A stretch of 64,000 bases of DNA from assembly GCA_031409275.1 (NCBI GenBank), contig JANNXA010000033.1, positions 138,704 to 202,703 of the forward strand, written 5' to 3'. The DNA comes from Planctomycetota bacterium. GTDB lineage: Bacteria; Planctomycetota; B15-G4; SIAN01. The notes under the pieces are model-generated. The model was not told where the DNA came from, did not search any database, and saw only the letters and a program-made list of their open reading frames with translations. The position numbers were made by a program, and so were the translations under genes. Shown here one piece after another: positions 1-9,073 of the stretch. Each line of letters starts with the position of its first letter. The stretch's first letter is position 1.

Positions 1-677
1 GGTACGACCGCGGATGGATGGCACTTCGCGCAGCTCACCTGCGCGTGAGCTCCAAGCAGGGGAAAGTGCTGCGCATGCTCGAACGCCGCGGCCGGCTTGA
101 AGCTCTCCTGCCCATGGCAAGCGCCGCAGTCATTGCTCATCGCGTCGCCGTGCGGGTCGTCGTGGCAGCTCGCGCACGCCTGCGTGAGCCCGAGGTAGGT
201 GCGTCGCGTCGAAGCGATCGCGAGGCGATCAGCGGTCCCGTCGGGCAGCATCGCGACGTGACAGCGCGCGCAGTCGAGCGGCTGGTGGGCGCCGGTCAGC
301 TTGAAGTCGAGGTGGCGGTGGGCATTCGCCGACGCGGATCCCTCGCCCCAGGAGTGCTCATGGACCAGCGGGAAGTCGGCACCCCAGTGCTCGCCGTGGC
401 ATCCGCCGCAATCGAGCGGCCGCTCGGCGGCGAGTGAGCCGTGCCAACCGGTGCCGCTCGACAACTGCGCGGCGATCTCGGCGTGGCAGGAGGTGCAGCC
501 ATCGACCGCGCCGACGTGCGCGTGGCATCGTTCGCAACCGTCGAGTCCATGCAACTCGGGCAAGGCAGCGTGAACCGCGGAGAGATCGCCGGGGCTAGGC
601 GCCACGCGGGCGAGGTTGATGGCCAGCGCAAGGACGGTGAGGCCAAGGAGCGTGAAGACGATGGCACGCGCGCTCAT
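1..677 (-). CDS. Multiheme c-type cytochrome, N-terminal part (runs off the window edge)
   Basis: Manual translation from ATG 677 (ATGA overlap with upstream stop): hydrophobic N-terminus MSARAIVFTLLGLTVLALAI, then CERCH, CTSCH, CGGCH, CARCH, CASCH, CGACH, CAKCH and repeated F(K/P)LxGAH motifs. No stop before base 1, so absent from the ORF track. Confidence 0.92.
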   Translation of the reverse strand, partial: MSARAIVFTLLGLTVLALAINLARVAPSPGDLSAVHAALPELHGLDGCERCHAHVGAVDGCTSCHAEIAAQLSSGTGWHGSLAAERPLDCGGCHGEHWGADFPLVHEHSWGEGSASANAHRHLDFKLTGAHQPLDCARCHVAMLPDGTADRLAIASTRRTYLGLTQACASCHDDPHGDAMSNDCGACHGQESFKPAAAFEHAQHFPLLGAHAQVSCAKCHPSAVV

Positions 678-1630
678 CGCCACCACCTCGAGAAGTCGAG
701 CGAGCCCCAGCGCACCGCGAGTGCGATGTGGCAGATCGCCGTCCCCACCATCACCAGAGCCAGCCAGCGGTGGAGGAAGCGCCACGAAGCCATCAGGGCC
801 GAGAGGTCACGCAGGCGCGCCAGTCGCTGCGCCTCGCGCAGGATCGTGGCCAGCAGCGGCTCGATGCGGCGCCGCACGGCCGGGTCGGGTGACCGTTCAC
901 GCAACAGCTCGCGGTAGCGCGCATGGGCGGCGCGCGCGTTCGCGTCGCCGAAGAGGACGCCGAAGAGCGCGCGCAGGCGCGACGGCGAGCCCTGCGTCTC
1001 CGCCGGAAGCAGCTCGAGCGGCGGCAGACCGAGACCCGTGAGCTGGGTACGAAGCTGCGTGAAGCGGGAATGGGCCTCGTCCAGCGAAAGCTCGCGCCCC
1101 TCGCGCGTGCGGGGCAGCTGGGCGAGGACGTAGCGGCCGATGATGCCGGTCGCGAGCACCACGCCGAGCGCCACGCTCGCGACCGTGGCGGAGGCGCTGC
1201 GCAGGTGACCGGCCGCGTGCACCAGCACGCAGCCTCCCGCGAGTAGCCCCGATACGACATGGAGGTCCATCCAGCCGCGCAGGCCGCCGAGCCGCGTGCT
1301 GGCGACGAGGCGTCGACGCACGAGGTAGGCGAGGTTGATCCCCATCAGTGCGACCGCGGCGACTCCAAGCGCGAGGCCGACGTCGCCGCTCGATCGCAGG
1401 CGCGGGTGGCGCGGATCGAGGGCTTGTGCGGTCAGGGGCGCCGTGTAGTAGCTGCATTCCGTGCACAGGAGTTGCACGAGGAAGCCGATGCCCGCCAGCA
1501 GTGCCAGCGGCGCCCACCAGGCGGTGCGCAGTCGATTCGCTGGATCGTTCTGCTGGATCACCGGGTCACGAACTCCGCCGCGCCGTCCAGGAAGTGGAAT
1601 GGGCGTCGGACGGACGGACGCCGCGTTCAC
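674..1630 (-). CDS. Integral membrane protein, cytochrome b/ferric-reductase-like, partner of the multiheme cytochrome
   Basis: Several TM helices with four His in or near helices (WMDLHVV, VLVHA, WRFLHRW, ICHIA); translationally coupled to the cytochrome. Start uncertain. Confidence 0.65.
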   Translation of the reverse strand: MNAASVRPTPIPLPGRRGGVRDPVIQQNDPANRLRTAWWAPLALLAGIGFLVQLLCTECSYYTAPLTAQALDPRHPRLRSSGDVGLALGVAAVALMGINLAYLVRRRLVASTRLGGLRGWMDLHVVSGLLAGGCVLVHAAGHLRSASATVASVALGVVLATGIIGRYVLAQLPRTREGRELSLDEAHSRFTQLRTQLTGLGLPPLELLPAETQGSPSRLRALFGVLFGDANARAAHARYRELLRERSPDPAVRRRIEPLLATILREAQRLARLRDLSALMASWRFLHRWLALVMVGTAICHIALAVRWGSLDFSRWWR

Positions 1631-1693
1631 CCCCGATCATCGATCGATGGCGAACGCGCGCCGATCAACGCAGTCGGCGTACCAACCGCTCGG

Positions 1694-4600
1694 TCAGCGG
1701 CCGGGGGTGAACTCGCGCAGGCGCAGCTGGCGCAGTTCGACGCGACTGCCATCGCCGAGCACGAATCCGAACGTCCCGTTGCGGCGACCGTCGTGGTCCT
1801 CCGTGTCGACCGTGACGGAACCATTCAGCTGGACGGTCAGGCGCGGGCCGACGGCGGTGACGAGGAAGTGGTTCCAGCCGGTGCGATCCGGCAACGGCCA
1901 CCAGATCTCTTCGCGCGGTTGCACGAGGACGCCGCGACCCTCGGGCTCGGTCAGGCGGCCCCAGGCCGAACCTCCGGCATAGGTGGCGTAGGAGAGCGGC
2001 GCGCGCGAGTCGACTCCGTCACGGAGCGGCTCGGCCTGGCGGAACAGGAATCCGAGCGATTGGGTCGGAGATCCAAGTCGCGCCTCGAACTCGAACGCGA
2101 AGTCGCCGACCGTCGGCGCTAGCCCCGTCCAGCCGTTGACGTCGTTGTCGGCGGCGACGAGCACTCCGTCGACCAGGCTCCATCCTTGCGGCACCTGTGG
2201 CGCGATTCCGTCGAGGAAGGGCCGCCAGCTCGGCTGTGCCGCCGCCGGCTCGATCGTCGGCGCCAGCAGCCACGCGGCGAGATCGCTGATCTGCTCCAAC
2301 GAAAGGGCATCCGCGAGCCCTTCGGGCATGATCGACTTGGTGGCCGGCTTGCGCTTCTCGATCTGCGCGGCGAGCACCTCGACCTGCTTGCCGGTCGCAT
2401 CGACCAGCACGACCCGTTTGTCGTCGGCGATCAACGGCAGGCCCGAGATCACGTCTCCGTTCTTGAGGAAGACGTTCTCGCCGCGGTACTGATCGGAGAT
2501 CGTGCGCGAGGGCGTGACCATCGACTCGAGCAGGTCGCGGGCGCCGAAACGCGAACCGATGGTGGTGAGATCGGGGCCCACCGCGACGCCGAAGTCGCCG
2601 CGCTTGTGGCACTTGGCGCAGAGCTGCTGGTAGAGCAGCGCGCCGTCAGGCGGCGAGCGGTGCGGGGCGTGCAACGTGCGCTCGACGAAAGTGAGGACGC
2701 GATCGAACTCGCGCGGCTCCGCGGCGGAGGCGGGCGCGGCCGGTGCCGACGCCGCCGCCTTGATCCGCTCGGCCGCCTCCTGATCGAGCGCCGTCCGCTC
2801 GCTGTCACTGAGTCCGACGTCCGCATCGTCGCGGATGTTGGTCAGGTAACCGACGTAGCTCATGCCGCCGGAGTTGGCGCGGATCGCCTCATCGAGCCAA
2901 CGGTGCAGTTCGACGCGCGCGCCTGCGGGCCACCCCTCCTTCACGCAGCGCAGCGCATCGGCGTAGAGGATCTTCTGCTCGCGCGACGGCTCGAGGACGA
3001 AGGTGCGCCACAGCAGTTCGGCCGCGCCTTTCGGGGCGGCATTCGCGATCAGCTGGGCCCAGTCGCGATTCGCGGCCGGATCGACGCATGGGAAGCCGGT
3101 GAGGAGTTGCTCGCCGGCGAACTTGGCGTCAGGCGCGGCGATCCGCCAGAGCTGCAGCGCGCGCAGCACGGCGTGACGGAGCTCGCGCGGCGATTCGCTG
3201 TCGAGCGAGCCCAGCAGCACGACGCCGAGCTGCAGCACGACGGCGGCATCGGTGTCGTCGACCGGCGCGCGTCCGACCAGCCGCATGCGCGCCAGCGCGA
3301 TCATGCTCTCGGCCTGCGCCATGGGCGACTTCGCCGCGGCGAGGGTCGCGGCCACTTCGCCGGCGGGTCGCCGCTCGAGTTCGCGCGCGGCGAGGAAGCG
3401 CCGGAAGCGGTCGGGCGAGGCGAGTTCGGTCGCAAGCGCGGCGACGGGTGCGCTGTGCAGTTTCTGAGCCAGGCTGGTGGCGGTGTCGCGGTCGGCAGCG
3501 GGAGCGACGGCCGGGGTCGCGGCAACGGGCAGCTCGCTCGCCGCAGGATCGACGCAACGCAGACGGTGGACGCCGCCGACCGTGCCACGACCGCCGACCG
3601 CGAAGAGGAGCGAACCATCCGCGTCCATCGCGAGGTCGGTGACATTCAGCGGGTGACCGCGCAGGAGGACATCCGTGCTGGCGGTGTAGCTCACGCCGCG
3701 CGGCGTCGCGCGGAAGGCGTAGATCACTCCCAGCGACCAGTCTCCGGCGAGAAGAGCGCCCTGGAAGCGTCGCGGAAACTGCGTGCCCGTGACCAGGCAC
3801 ATGCCCGTCGGCGAACCGCGACCCGCTTCGACCGCGGGCGGCAACGAATCGGCGGCCACGTTCGGCCACACGCTCGAACCGGTCCTCCAGCCGTATTCAC
3901 CGCCCGGCACGACGTGGACGATGCGGACCGGTCGGTACCACGGCAGCCCGACGTCCCACTCCATGTCGGAGTCGAAGGTGAAGAGCTCGCCACGCGCGTC
4001 GAACGCGAGGTCGTAGTGGTTGCGGAAGCCGGCGGCGAAGAGTTCGCAGCGGCCGCTCTCCGGTTCGACGCGAAGGATGATGCCGCCGGGTGCCTTGCAC
4101 TCGGTGGCGTGGCCACGCGGATCGAGATAGGTCGGCAGCAGATGCCCTTCGTAGGTGATCGAGTAGGGCGATCCCGCCGCGGGTGGCTGGCCGAGGCGCG
4201 CGTGGTTGCCGACGGCGATGTAGAGCGCGCCGTCGGGGCCGGGCACGATCGCATGCGGGCCGTGCTCGCCGAGGTCGCCATCGAGAGCGACGACCTTGAT
4301 CGGCGCGGTCGCACCTTCGGGGAGGCGATAGAGGCCGTGGCCGTTGGGCCCGGCTCCGGTGAACCAGGTCGTGCCGTCCTGCCAGTACATCCCCTGGCAG
4401 CCTTGGATCGCGGCCGTGAACGGCGTGATCTCCTCGGCGCGTCCATCGCCATCGGCATCGACGAGCGAGAAGATCGGCCCGCCCTCGACGTTCGCCAGCA
4501 GTCGCCGCGGACCCGCGGTGGTCAGCGCGACGACGGAGCCGAAGCCGTCGGCGACCGTCTCGATCACGAAGCCGGGCAGCGGATCGAAGCTCGGAGCCGG

Positions 4601-5173
4601 CGGGGCGTGGAGTTCACCCCACGGAGCGGCGCCGTAGGGGGCGACGACGCGCGCGCGCGCCGCGTCGGCCGCCATCGGCGCGCTGGCGGTGTCGGGGTCA
4701 TACGGACGGCAGAGCCACGCCTCGTCGGACACCACGACCGGGCGGGTGCCGTCGGCACAGCGGACCTCGACGGCCAGCAAGAAGCCGGCGGGACCGCCCT
4801 CGTTGGCGACGCGCGCGACGAACTCGTTGCGGCCGCGGCGCAGCAGCTCCGTGACGTCGAGCGTCGTCAAGCGCGACCAGTCGTCGCCACGTCCAGCGAC
4901 GGTCCCATTCACGCTCAGCCGAAAGCGGTTGTCGCTCGAGACGGCGACCAGCGCGCGCGTCGGCTCGGAGCCGAGCTCGAACGTGCGCGTGAGGAGCCAC
5001 TCGTCCTTGCCGTCCGCGGTGGCCTTTGCATCGCCCCAGATCCAGCGTGCTTGCGCGAGTGGTGCGTTCTGGCCGGTGAGTCGCGTTGCGACGCCGAGCA
5101 GCGCGAGTGCGGTCAGCACGTGGACGAAGGCGGCGTGGTGGCGTCGGGGCGAACGGTGGAGGTGCGTTTCCAT
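1694..5173 (-). CDS. PVC-type heme-binding membrane-bound dehydrogenase-like protein (jelly-roll + beta-propeller + HEAT + cytochrome c + DUF1080-like)
   Basis: Signal peptide; GEHGPHAI, GFRNHYD, DSDMEWDVGLPWYRP propeller motifs; CAKCH..VGPDLT..SIMPEGL heme domain; C-terminal W..VDGVL...WNHF..LNG DUF1080-like domain. Confidence 0.88.
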   Translation of the reverse strand: METHLHRSPRRHHAAFVHVLTALALLGVATRLTGQNAPLAQARWIWGDAKATADGKDEWLLTRTFELGSEPTRALVAVSSDNRFRLSVNGTVAGRGDDWSRLTTLDVTELLRRGRNEFVARVANEGGPAGFLLAVEVRCADGTRPVVVSDEAWLCRPYDPDTASAPMAADAARARVVAPYGAAPWGELHAPPAPSFDPLPGFVIETVADGFGSVVALTTAGPRRLLANVEGGPIFSLVDADGDGRAEEITPFTAAIQGCQGMYWQDGTTWFTGAGPNGHGLYRLPEGATAPIKVVALDGDLGEHGPHAIVPGPDGALYIAVGNHARLGQPPAAGSPYSITYEGHLLPTYLDPRGHATECKAPGGIILRVEPESGRCELFAAGFRNHYDLAFDARGELFTFDSDMEWDVGLPWYRPVRIVHVVPGGEYGWRTGSSVWPNVAADSLPPAVEAGRGSPTGMCLVTGTQFPRRFQGALLAGDWSLGVIYAFRATPRGVSYTASTDVLLRGHPLNVTDLAMDADGSLLFAVGGRGTVGGVHRLRCVDPAASELPVAATPAVAPAADRDTATSLAQKLHSAPVAALATELASPDRFRRFLAARELERRPAGEVAATLAAAKSPMAQAESMIALARMRLVGRAPVDDTDAAVVLQLGVVLLGSLDSESPRELRHAVLRALQLWRIAAPDAKFAGEQLLTGFPCVDPAANRDWAQLIANAAPKGAAELLWRTFVLEPSREQKILYADALRCVKEGWPAGARVELHRWLDEAIRANSGGMSYVGYLTNIRDDADVGLSDSERTALDQEAAERIKAAASAPAAPASAAEPREFDRVLTFVERTLHAPHRSPPDGALLYQQLCAKCHKRGDFGVAVGPDLTTIGSRFGARDLLESMVTPSRTISDQYRGENVFLKNGDVISGLPLIADDKRVVLVDATGKQVEVLAAQIEKRKPATKSIMPEGLADALSLEQISDLAAWLLAPTIEPAAAQPSWRPFLDGIAPQVPQGWSLVDGVLVAADNDVNGWTGLAPTVGDFAFEFEARLGSPTQSLGFLFRQAEPLRDGVDSRAPLSYATYAGGSAWGRLTEPEGRGVLVQPREEIWWPLPDRTGWNHFLVTAVGPRLTVQLNGSVTVDTEDHDGRRNGTFGFVLGDGSRVELRQLRLREFTPGR

Positions 5174-5192
5174 GGGGCGCTATCTTGCCGCG

Positions 5193-5747
5193 ATGCTCGA
5201 CGCCGTCACGATTTTTTGCGGCTCTCGCGTCGGAAGTGACCCGCGCTATGCCGCGGCGGCGCGGGAGCTCGGACGGGCACTCGCGCGACGCGGCACCACC
5301 CTCGTCTGGGGGGCGGGCCGGGTCGGGTTGATGGGCGAGGTGGCCGACGCCGCTCTCGCCGAAGGCGGGCGCGTCCACGGCGTGATCCCGACCTTCCTGC
5401 GAACCGAGGAACTCGTGCACCCGCGGCTTGGGCCGACCGAACTCACCGTCACGGAGACGTTGTTCGAGCGCAAGCGCCAGCTGATCGAGCGCGCCCAGGC
5501 ATTCGTGGTGCTTCCCGGGGGGCTGGGGACGCTCGACGAACTGTTCGAGGTGATGACGTTGCGACAGCTCGGCCGTGGCGCTGGACGCTGCGGAGTGCTG
5601 AACGTGGCCGGCTTCTTCGATCCGCTGCTCGCGCACCTGTCCCACACGGTCGCCGCCGGCTTCGTCGACGCGCGCCATCTCAGCGACCTCGTCGTCGAAC
5701 GCGAGGTGGAGCCGCTGCTCCGCGCGTTGGAATCCGCGACGAGCTGA
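5193..5747 (+). CDS. LOG family nucleotide phosphoribohydrolase (TIGR00730-like)
   Basis: IFCGSRVG, GAGRVGLMG, ERKR, PGGLGTLDELFE signature; start at ATG 5193, not the 4689 ORF start. Confidence 0.93.
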   Translation: MLDAVTIFCGSRVGSDPRYAAAARELGRALARRGTTLVWGAGRVGLMGEVADAALAEGGRVHGVIPTFLRTEELVHPRLGPTELTVTETLFERKRQLIERAQAFVVLPGGLGTLDELFEVMTLRQLGRGAGRCGVLNVAGFFDPLLAHLSHTVAAGFVDARHLSDLVVEREVEPLLRALESATS

Positions 5748-5752
5748 GGGCC

Positions 5753-5793
5753 AAAACGAACAGGCTGGCACGCTTGCGCGCACCAGCCCGTCC
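5753..5793 (-). terminator. Intrinsic terminator of the RRM gene (between convergent genes)
   Basis: Minus strand GGGCTGG-TGCGC-GCAA-GCGTG-CCAGCCT stem-loop followed by GTTCGTTTT. Confidence 0.7.
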
Positions 5794-5830
5794 GAGGATT
5801 ACGTCGAGTCAGCTTTCGCTGCAGTCGATC

Positions 5831-6277
5831 TCAGTAGCGATCGCCGCCACGGCCACCGCCGCCGCCGCCGCCGCCGAAGCCGCCACGGCTTCCGCCGCCG
5901 CCGCCGAAGCCGCCGCGACCGCCGCCGCCGCCGCCGCCGCCGTAACCACCACCGCCGCCGCCGCCGCCGAAGCCGCCGCCGCTGCCACCGCTACCGCCGG
6001 TGCGCGGACGGAAGCCACCCGGACGCTCTTCGCGCGGCTTGGCCTCGTTGACCGTCAAAGGACGGCCATTCATCTTCTGGCCGTTCAGCGCCGCGATCGC
6101 GGCCTTGGCCTCATCGTCCGTGCCCATTTCCACGAAACCAAAGCCCTTCGAGCGGCCGGTCTCGCGGTCCATGATCACGTCCGCGCTCTTCACACCGCCG
6201 TGAGCCGAGAACATGTCGTTCAGCTCCTGGCTGGTGGTGGAGTACGGCAGATTGCCGACATACAACTTCGTGCCCAT
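5831..6277 (-). CDS. RRM RNA-binding protein with Gly-rich tail
   Basis: KLYVGNL (RNP2), RSKGFGFVEM (RNP1), VNEAKPRE, long G/RGG tail; start ATG 6277. Confidence 0.96.
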   Translation of the reverse strand: MGTKLYVGNLPYSTTSQELNDMFSAHGGVKSADVIMDRETGRSKGFGFVEMGTDDEAKAAIAALNGQKMNGRPLTVNEAKPREERPGGFRPRTGGSGGSGGGFGGGGGGGGYGGGGGGGGRGGFGGGGGSRGGFGGGGGGGGRGGDRY

Positions 6278-6309
6278 TCTCAATCTCCGGTCAACGGACA
6301 GCAGCGCGG

Positions 6310-6426
6310 GCTGGGCAGCCAGCTCTGCAATTCCTGGCGGCCACTCTTGTGGCCATTCATTCAAGAAACCCAACGGGCAATCGGATGAGACCGCACGAGG
6401 GCAGATTGCTCTGCCATCGACTCATC
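6310..6426 (-). promoter_or_regulatory. Putative structured 5' leader of the RRM gene
   Basis: Hairpins GGCAGA-GCAA-TCTGCC (enclosed by GATGAG/CTCATC), GGCCAC-AAGA-GTGGCC and GCTGG-CTGC-CCAGC on the coding strand just upstream of the start. Confidence 0.4.
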
Positions 6427-6804
6427 GCGAGGCGTTCCGACGGAACGAAGCCGCGCGTTCACGGGGAAGGACGACATCTGGGGCGCGTGGTGACACTCGC
6501 GGCGACGAAGAACCCGTCGCGCGCACCCCACCCTGTCCAAGACGAAATCGGTCGACCGCAATCGCAAGACCTTGAAACCGTCAGGCACCAGCCCGACGCC
6601 GGGGGACGATAGCAGCGTGTTCTCTTGCAGGGGAAGGGGGAAAATCGCGCGCGCTTCGTGAATGGCGCCATTCGAACGGGCGTCCGCGGCCATTCGCGGG
6701 TCCTCCCGCTCGCAGTGCCGCGACCCGTGGAACGGAACGCGCCTCGGGTCGCGGAGGCGACCGATCGAAGGCGGCCTTGGTCCCCGATCGAGACTTCAGA
6801 ACAT

Positions 6805-6841
6805 GACATAAGTACTTATTCAAAATGTACTTATGTCGATT
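6805..6841. repeat. AT-rich perfect 11-bp inverted repeat (operator or recombinase/dif-like site)
   Basis: GACATAAGTAC-N11-GTACTTATGTC (6805-6815 / 6827-6837) with an internal palindrome ATAAGTACTTAT at 6808-6819. Confidence 0.75.
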
Positions 6842-6897
6842 CTTGAGGACCCGAAAGACGGCGGCGAGCGCTTCCTTTTCGCGCCGGTCGACGGCCG

Positions 6898-9060
6898 TCA
6901 GGTCGCCTCGCCGGCCGTTCGTTTCGCCGCCGTCAGGGTCTCTTTTCGCTTCGCGCGTGCCTCGAGCGCCAGCCAGAGTCCGGCCAAGACGACCAGCGAT
7001 TCGACACCGTAGGTCGTCCACAGCCAGAAGCTCACGCCGTCGGTTTCACCGTACGCATGCAACCCGACCCCGAGCTGATTCACGTGCCACCAAGAGAAGG
7101 TGACGATCGTCGTGCCGAAGACCGCCGCGGTGCAGATCCCCAGATCGCGTAGGTAGCCACCCATGCGTCCGTGCAGGATCGCGAGCTCCCAAAGGCAGAT
7201 CATGAGCGCGCCGTTCTCCTTCGGGTCCCAGCCCCAGAAACGGCCCCATGAGTCGTTGGCCCAGACGCCGCCGAGGATCGTGCCGACCACGCTGAACAGC
7301 AGTCCGAAGCAGATCACTCCGTAGGTCATGCGCGCGACCGAGCGATAGAAATCGGGGTCGCCACGGCGCAGCCCGAACAGCTTGCCGAGGATGTAGACGT
7401 GCGCGAGCAGGCCGGCCAGCAGCCCGGCTGCGTAGCCGATCGTGACGCTCGTGACGTGGGTCGACAGCCAGAAGTTGGTGTCGAGCACCGCGACGAGCTG
7501 CGGCATGGTGTCGATGCCGCGATCGAACGCTTCCTTCACCTCGTAGCGCTGCGTGAGGAAGAGTCCGGCCGCGCCGAGCAGGGCCGCGAAGACCACCGCG
7601 ACGCGGCGCCGATCGATCAGCTCGATGATCAGCGCCACCAGCACGACGGCAGCGGTGATGAACGGGATCGTCTCGTAGAGCGTGGAGACCGGCGGACGGG
7701 CGCGCAGGTAGCCGCGCCAGACGATGGCGGCGACGTGCAGCGCAAACGGCGCGAAGAGCAGCCACGGCAGCGCGCGATTCAGCTTGTGGTCGGCGCGCAG
7801 GAGCCAGCCCACCGCCACCAGCACGAAGCACAGCACGTAGAGCACGAGCGCGCGGAAGAAGAGGTCGGCCTTGTAGTAGCCGATCTCGCTGTCGATCTTC
7901 GCGTACTGCTCGCGGCCAGTCGCGGTCGCCACCAGCGAGCCACGTACTCGCTGCATCGCCGCCTTCATGCGCGGCGGGTCGTTGCGCGCGTCGAACGCGT
8001 CCTCCCAACCGACGATCACCGGCAGATGGAGCGCGAGGAGCGCGGCGTCGCCCTTCGCGACGCGCTGCTCGATCTCGCCCAGCGTGAGCCACGACTCCTC
8101 GTCGCTGCCGCCGGGTCGGATCTGTGCCGGGCCGGAGTTGTACATGGTCGTCTTGACCATCGGCGCCGGCTTGGCGTCGGGCGGGTAGAGAGTCAGGACG
8201 CTCGCGAAGTCGGCCATCTGCTGTGCGGTCTGGAGCAATCGATCGATGGCGATGCGCGTGGTGTCGTCACCGGCCGATGCCTGGCGTGACGCAAGTTCGC
8301 TCGAGTGCTGCAGCAGCAGCGAGAAGCGGGTGCTTGATTCGTTCCCGAGCAGATCGCCGAGCGAGGCCTCCTTCGGGAGCTCGAGGAACTCGCGCTGCGC
8401 GAAGACCAATGAGCCCAGCAGCCCCTCGTACTGGTTCACCTTCGTCGCGAGCTGGATCAACTGCTCTTCGAGGTAGCTGCGCCCCTTGGCCTCGCGCTTC
8501 ACCGGATCGTTCATGAGTGCGCCCGCGCGCGCGAAGAGCTGCGGGCGACCCGGCGACAACTCGAGGTAGCTGTAGCGATCGCGCTTCTTGCGGCCGCCGA
8601 TGCGCTCGACGCCGATGGCATCGAGGAGCTCCCACGTCTGCAGCTGGAAGCACGGGTAGTGGCGCGACGCTTCGGGGAAGAACATGCAGTCGAGCAGCCA
8701 CTCGCTCGGCGTCAGCTTGTTCTCGATGTCGTCGTTCTTGTCGTCGGGCGTGCCGCGGTCGTCGATCCAGGTCAACGTGCGCGAACCGTTCAGTTGCAGG
8801 AGCTTGAAGCCCGCGAACGTGGAGAGCGGCTTCACGCGTCCCTGCTCGAGGATCGGGATCTGGGCGAAGAGCTCGACGATCTGTGGATCCCATGGAGCGG
8901 CGCGGCGGACTTCGTGCGGCTCGGCCGCGTGGTCGTGGCCCGCGTGGTCGTCGGGCGCCACGGCCGGTGACTGCGCGATCGCGCCACCGGTCGTCGCCAC
9001 GCACGCCAGCGCCAGCGCGGCCAGGCGCGTCCACAGCTTCCGGACGATCGAGAGTGTCAT
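6898..9060 (-). CDS. ccsA: Cytochrome c biogenesis protein CcsA (system II) with large N-terminal periplasmic region
   Basis: RPPVSTLYE, LDTNFWLSTHV, WANDSWGRFWGWDPKE (WWD motif), GVGLHAY. Confidence 0.95.
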   Translation of the reverse strand: MTLSIVRKLWTRLAALALACVATTGGAIAQSPAVAPDDHAGHDHAAEPHEVRRAAPWDPQIVELFAQIPILEQGRVKPLSTFAGFKLLQLNGSRTLTWIDDRGTPDDKNDDIENKLTPSEWLLDCMFFPEASRHYPCFQLQTWELLDAIGVERIGGRKKRDRYSYLELSPGRPQLFARAGALMNDPVKREAKGRSYLEEQLIQLATKVNQYEGLLGSLVFAQREFLELPKEASLGDLLGNESSTRFSLLLQHSSELASRQASAGDDTTRIAIDRLLQTAQQMADFASVLTLYPPDAKPAPMVKTTMYNSGPAQIRPGGSDEESWLTLGEIEQRVAKGDAALLALHLPVIVGWEDAFDARNDPPRMKAAMQRVRGSLVATATGREQYAKIDSEIGYYKADLFFRALVLYVLCFVLVAVGWLLRADHKLNRALPWLLFAPFALHVAAIVWRGYLRARPPVSTLYETIPFITAAVVLVALIIELIDRRRVAVVFAALLGAAGLFLTQRYEVKEAFDRGIDTMPQLVAVLDTNFWLSTHVTSVTIGYAAGLLAGLLAHVYILGKLFGLRRGDPDFYRSVARMTYGVICFGLLFSVVGTILGGVWANDSWGRFWGWDPKENGALMICLWELAILHGRMGGYLRDLGICTAAVFGTTIVTFSWWHVNQLGVGLHAYGETDGVSFWLWTTYGVESLVVLAGLWLALEARAKRKETLTAAKRTAGEAT

Positions 9061-9073
9061 GACGAACTCCGGT

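Noticed and set aside
2186..5239. 1017-aa plus-strand ORF (also 11597-15409, 35165-38413, 42267-44702, 48370-51066, 59086-61635 and similar)
   Set aside because: Antisense or off-frame shadows of well-supported genes; typical of high-GC DNA, with no recognisable motifs.
5840..6000. Long (GCC)n low-complexity tract
   Set aside because: Glycine codons of the RRM tail, not a CRISPR array or independent repeat.
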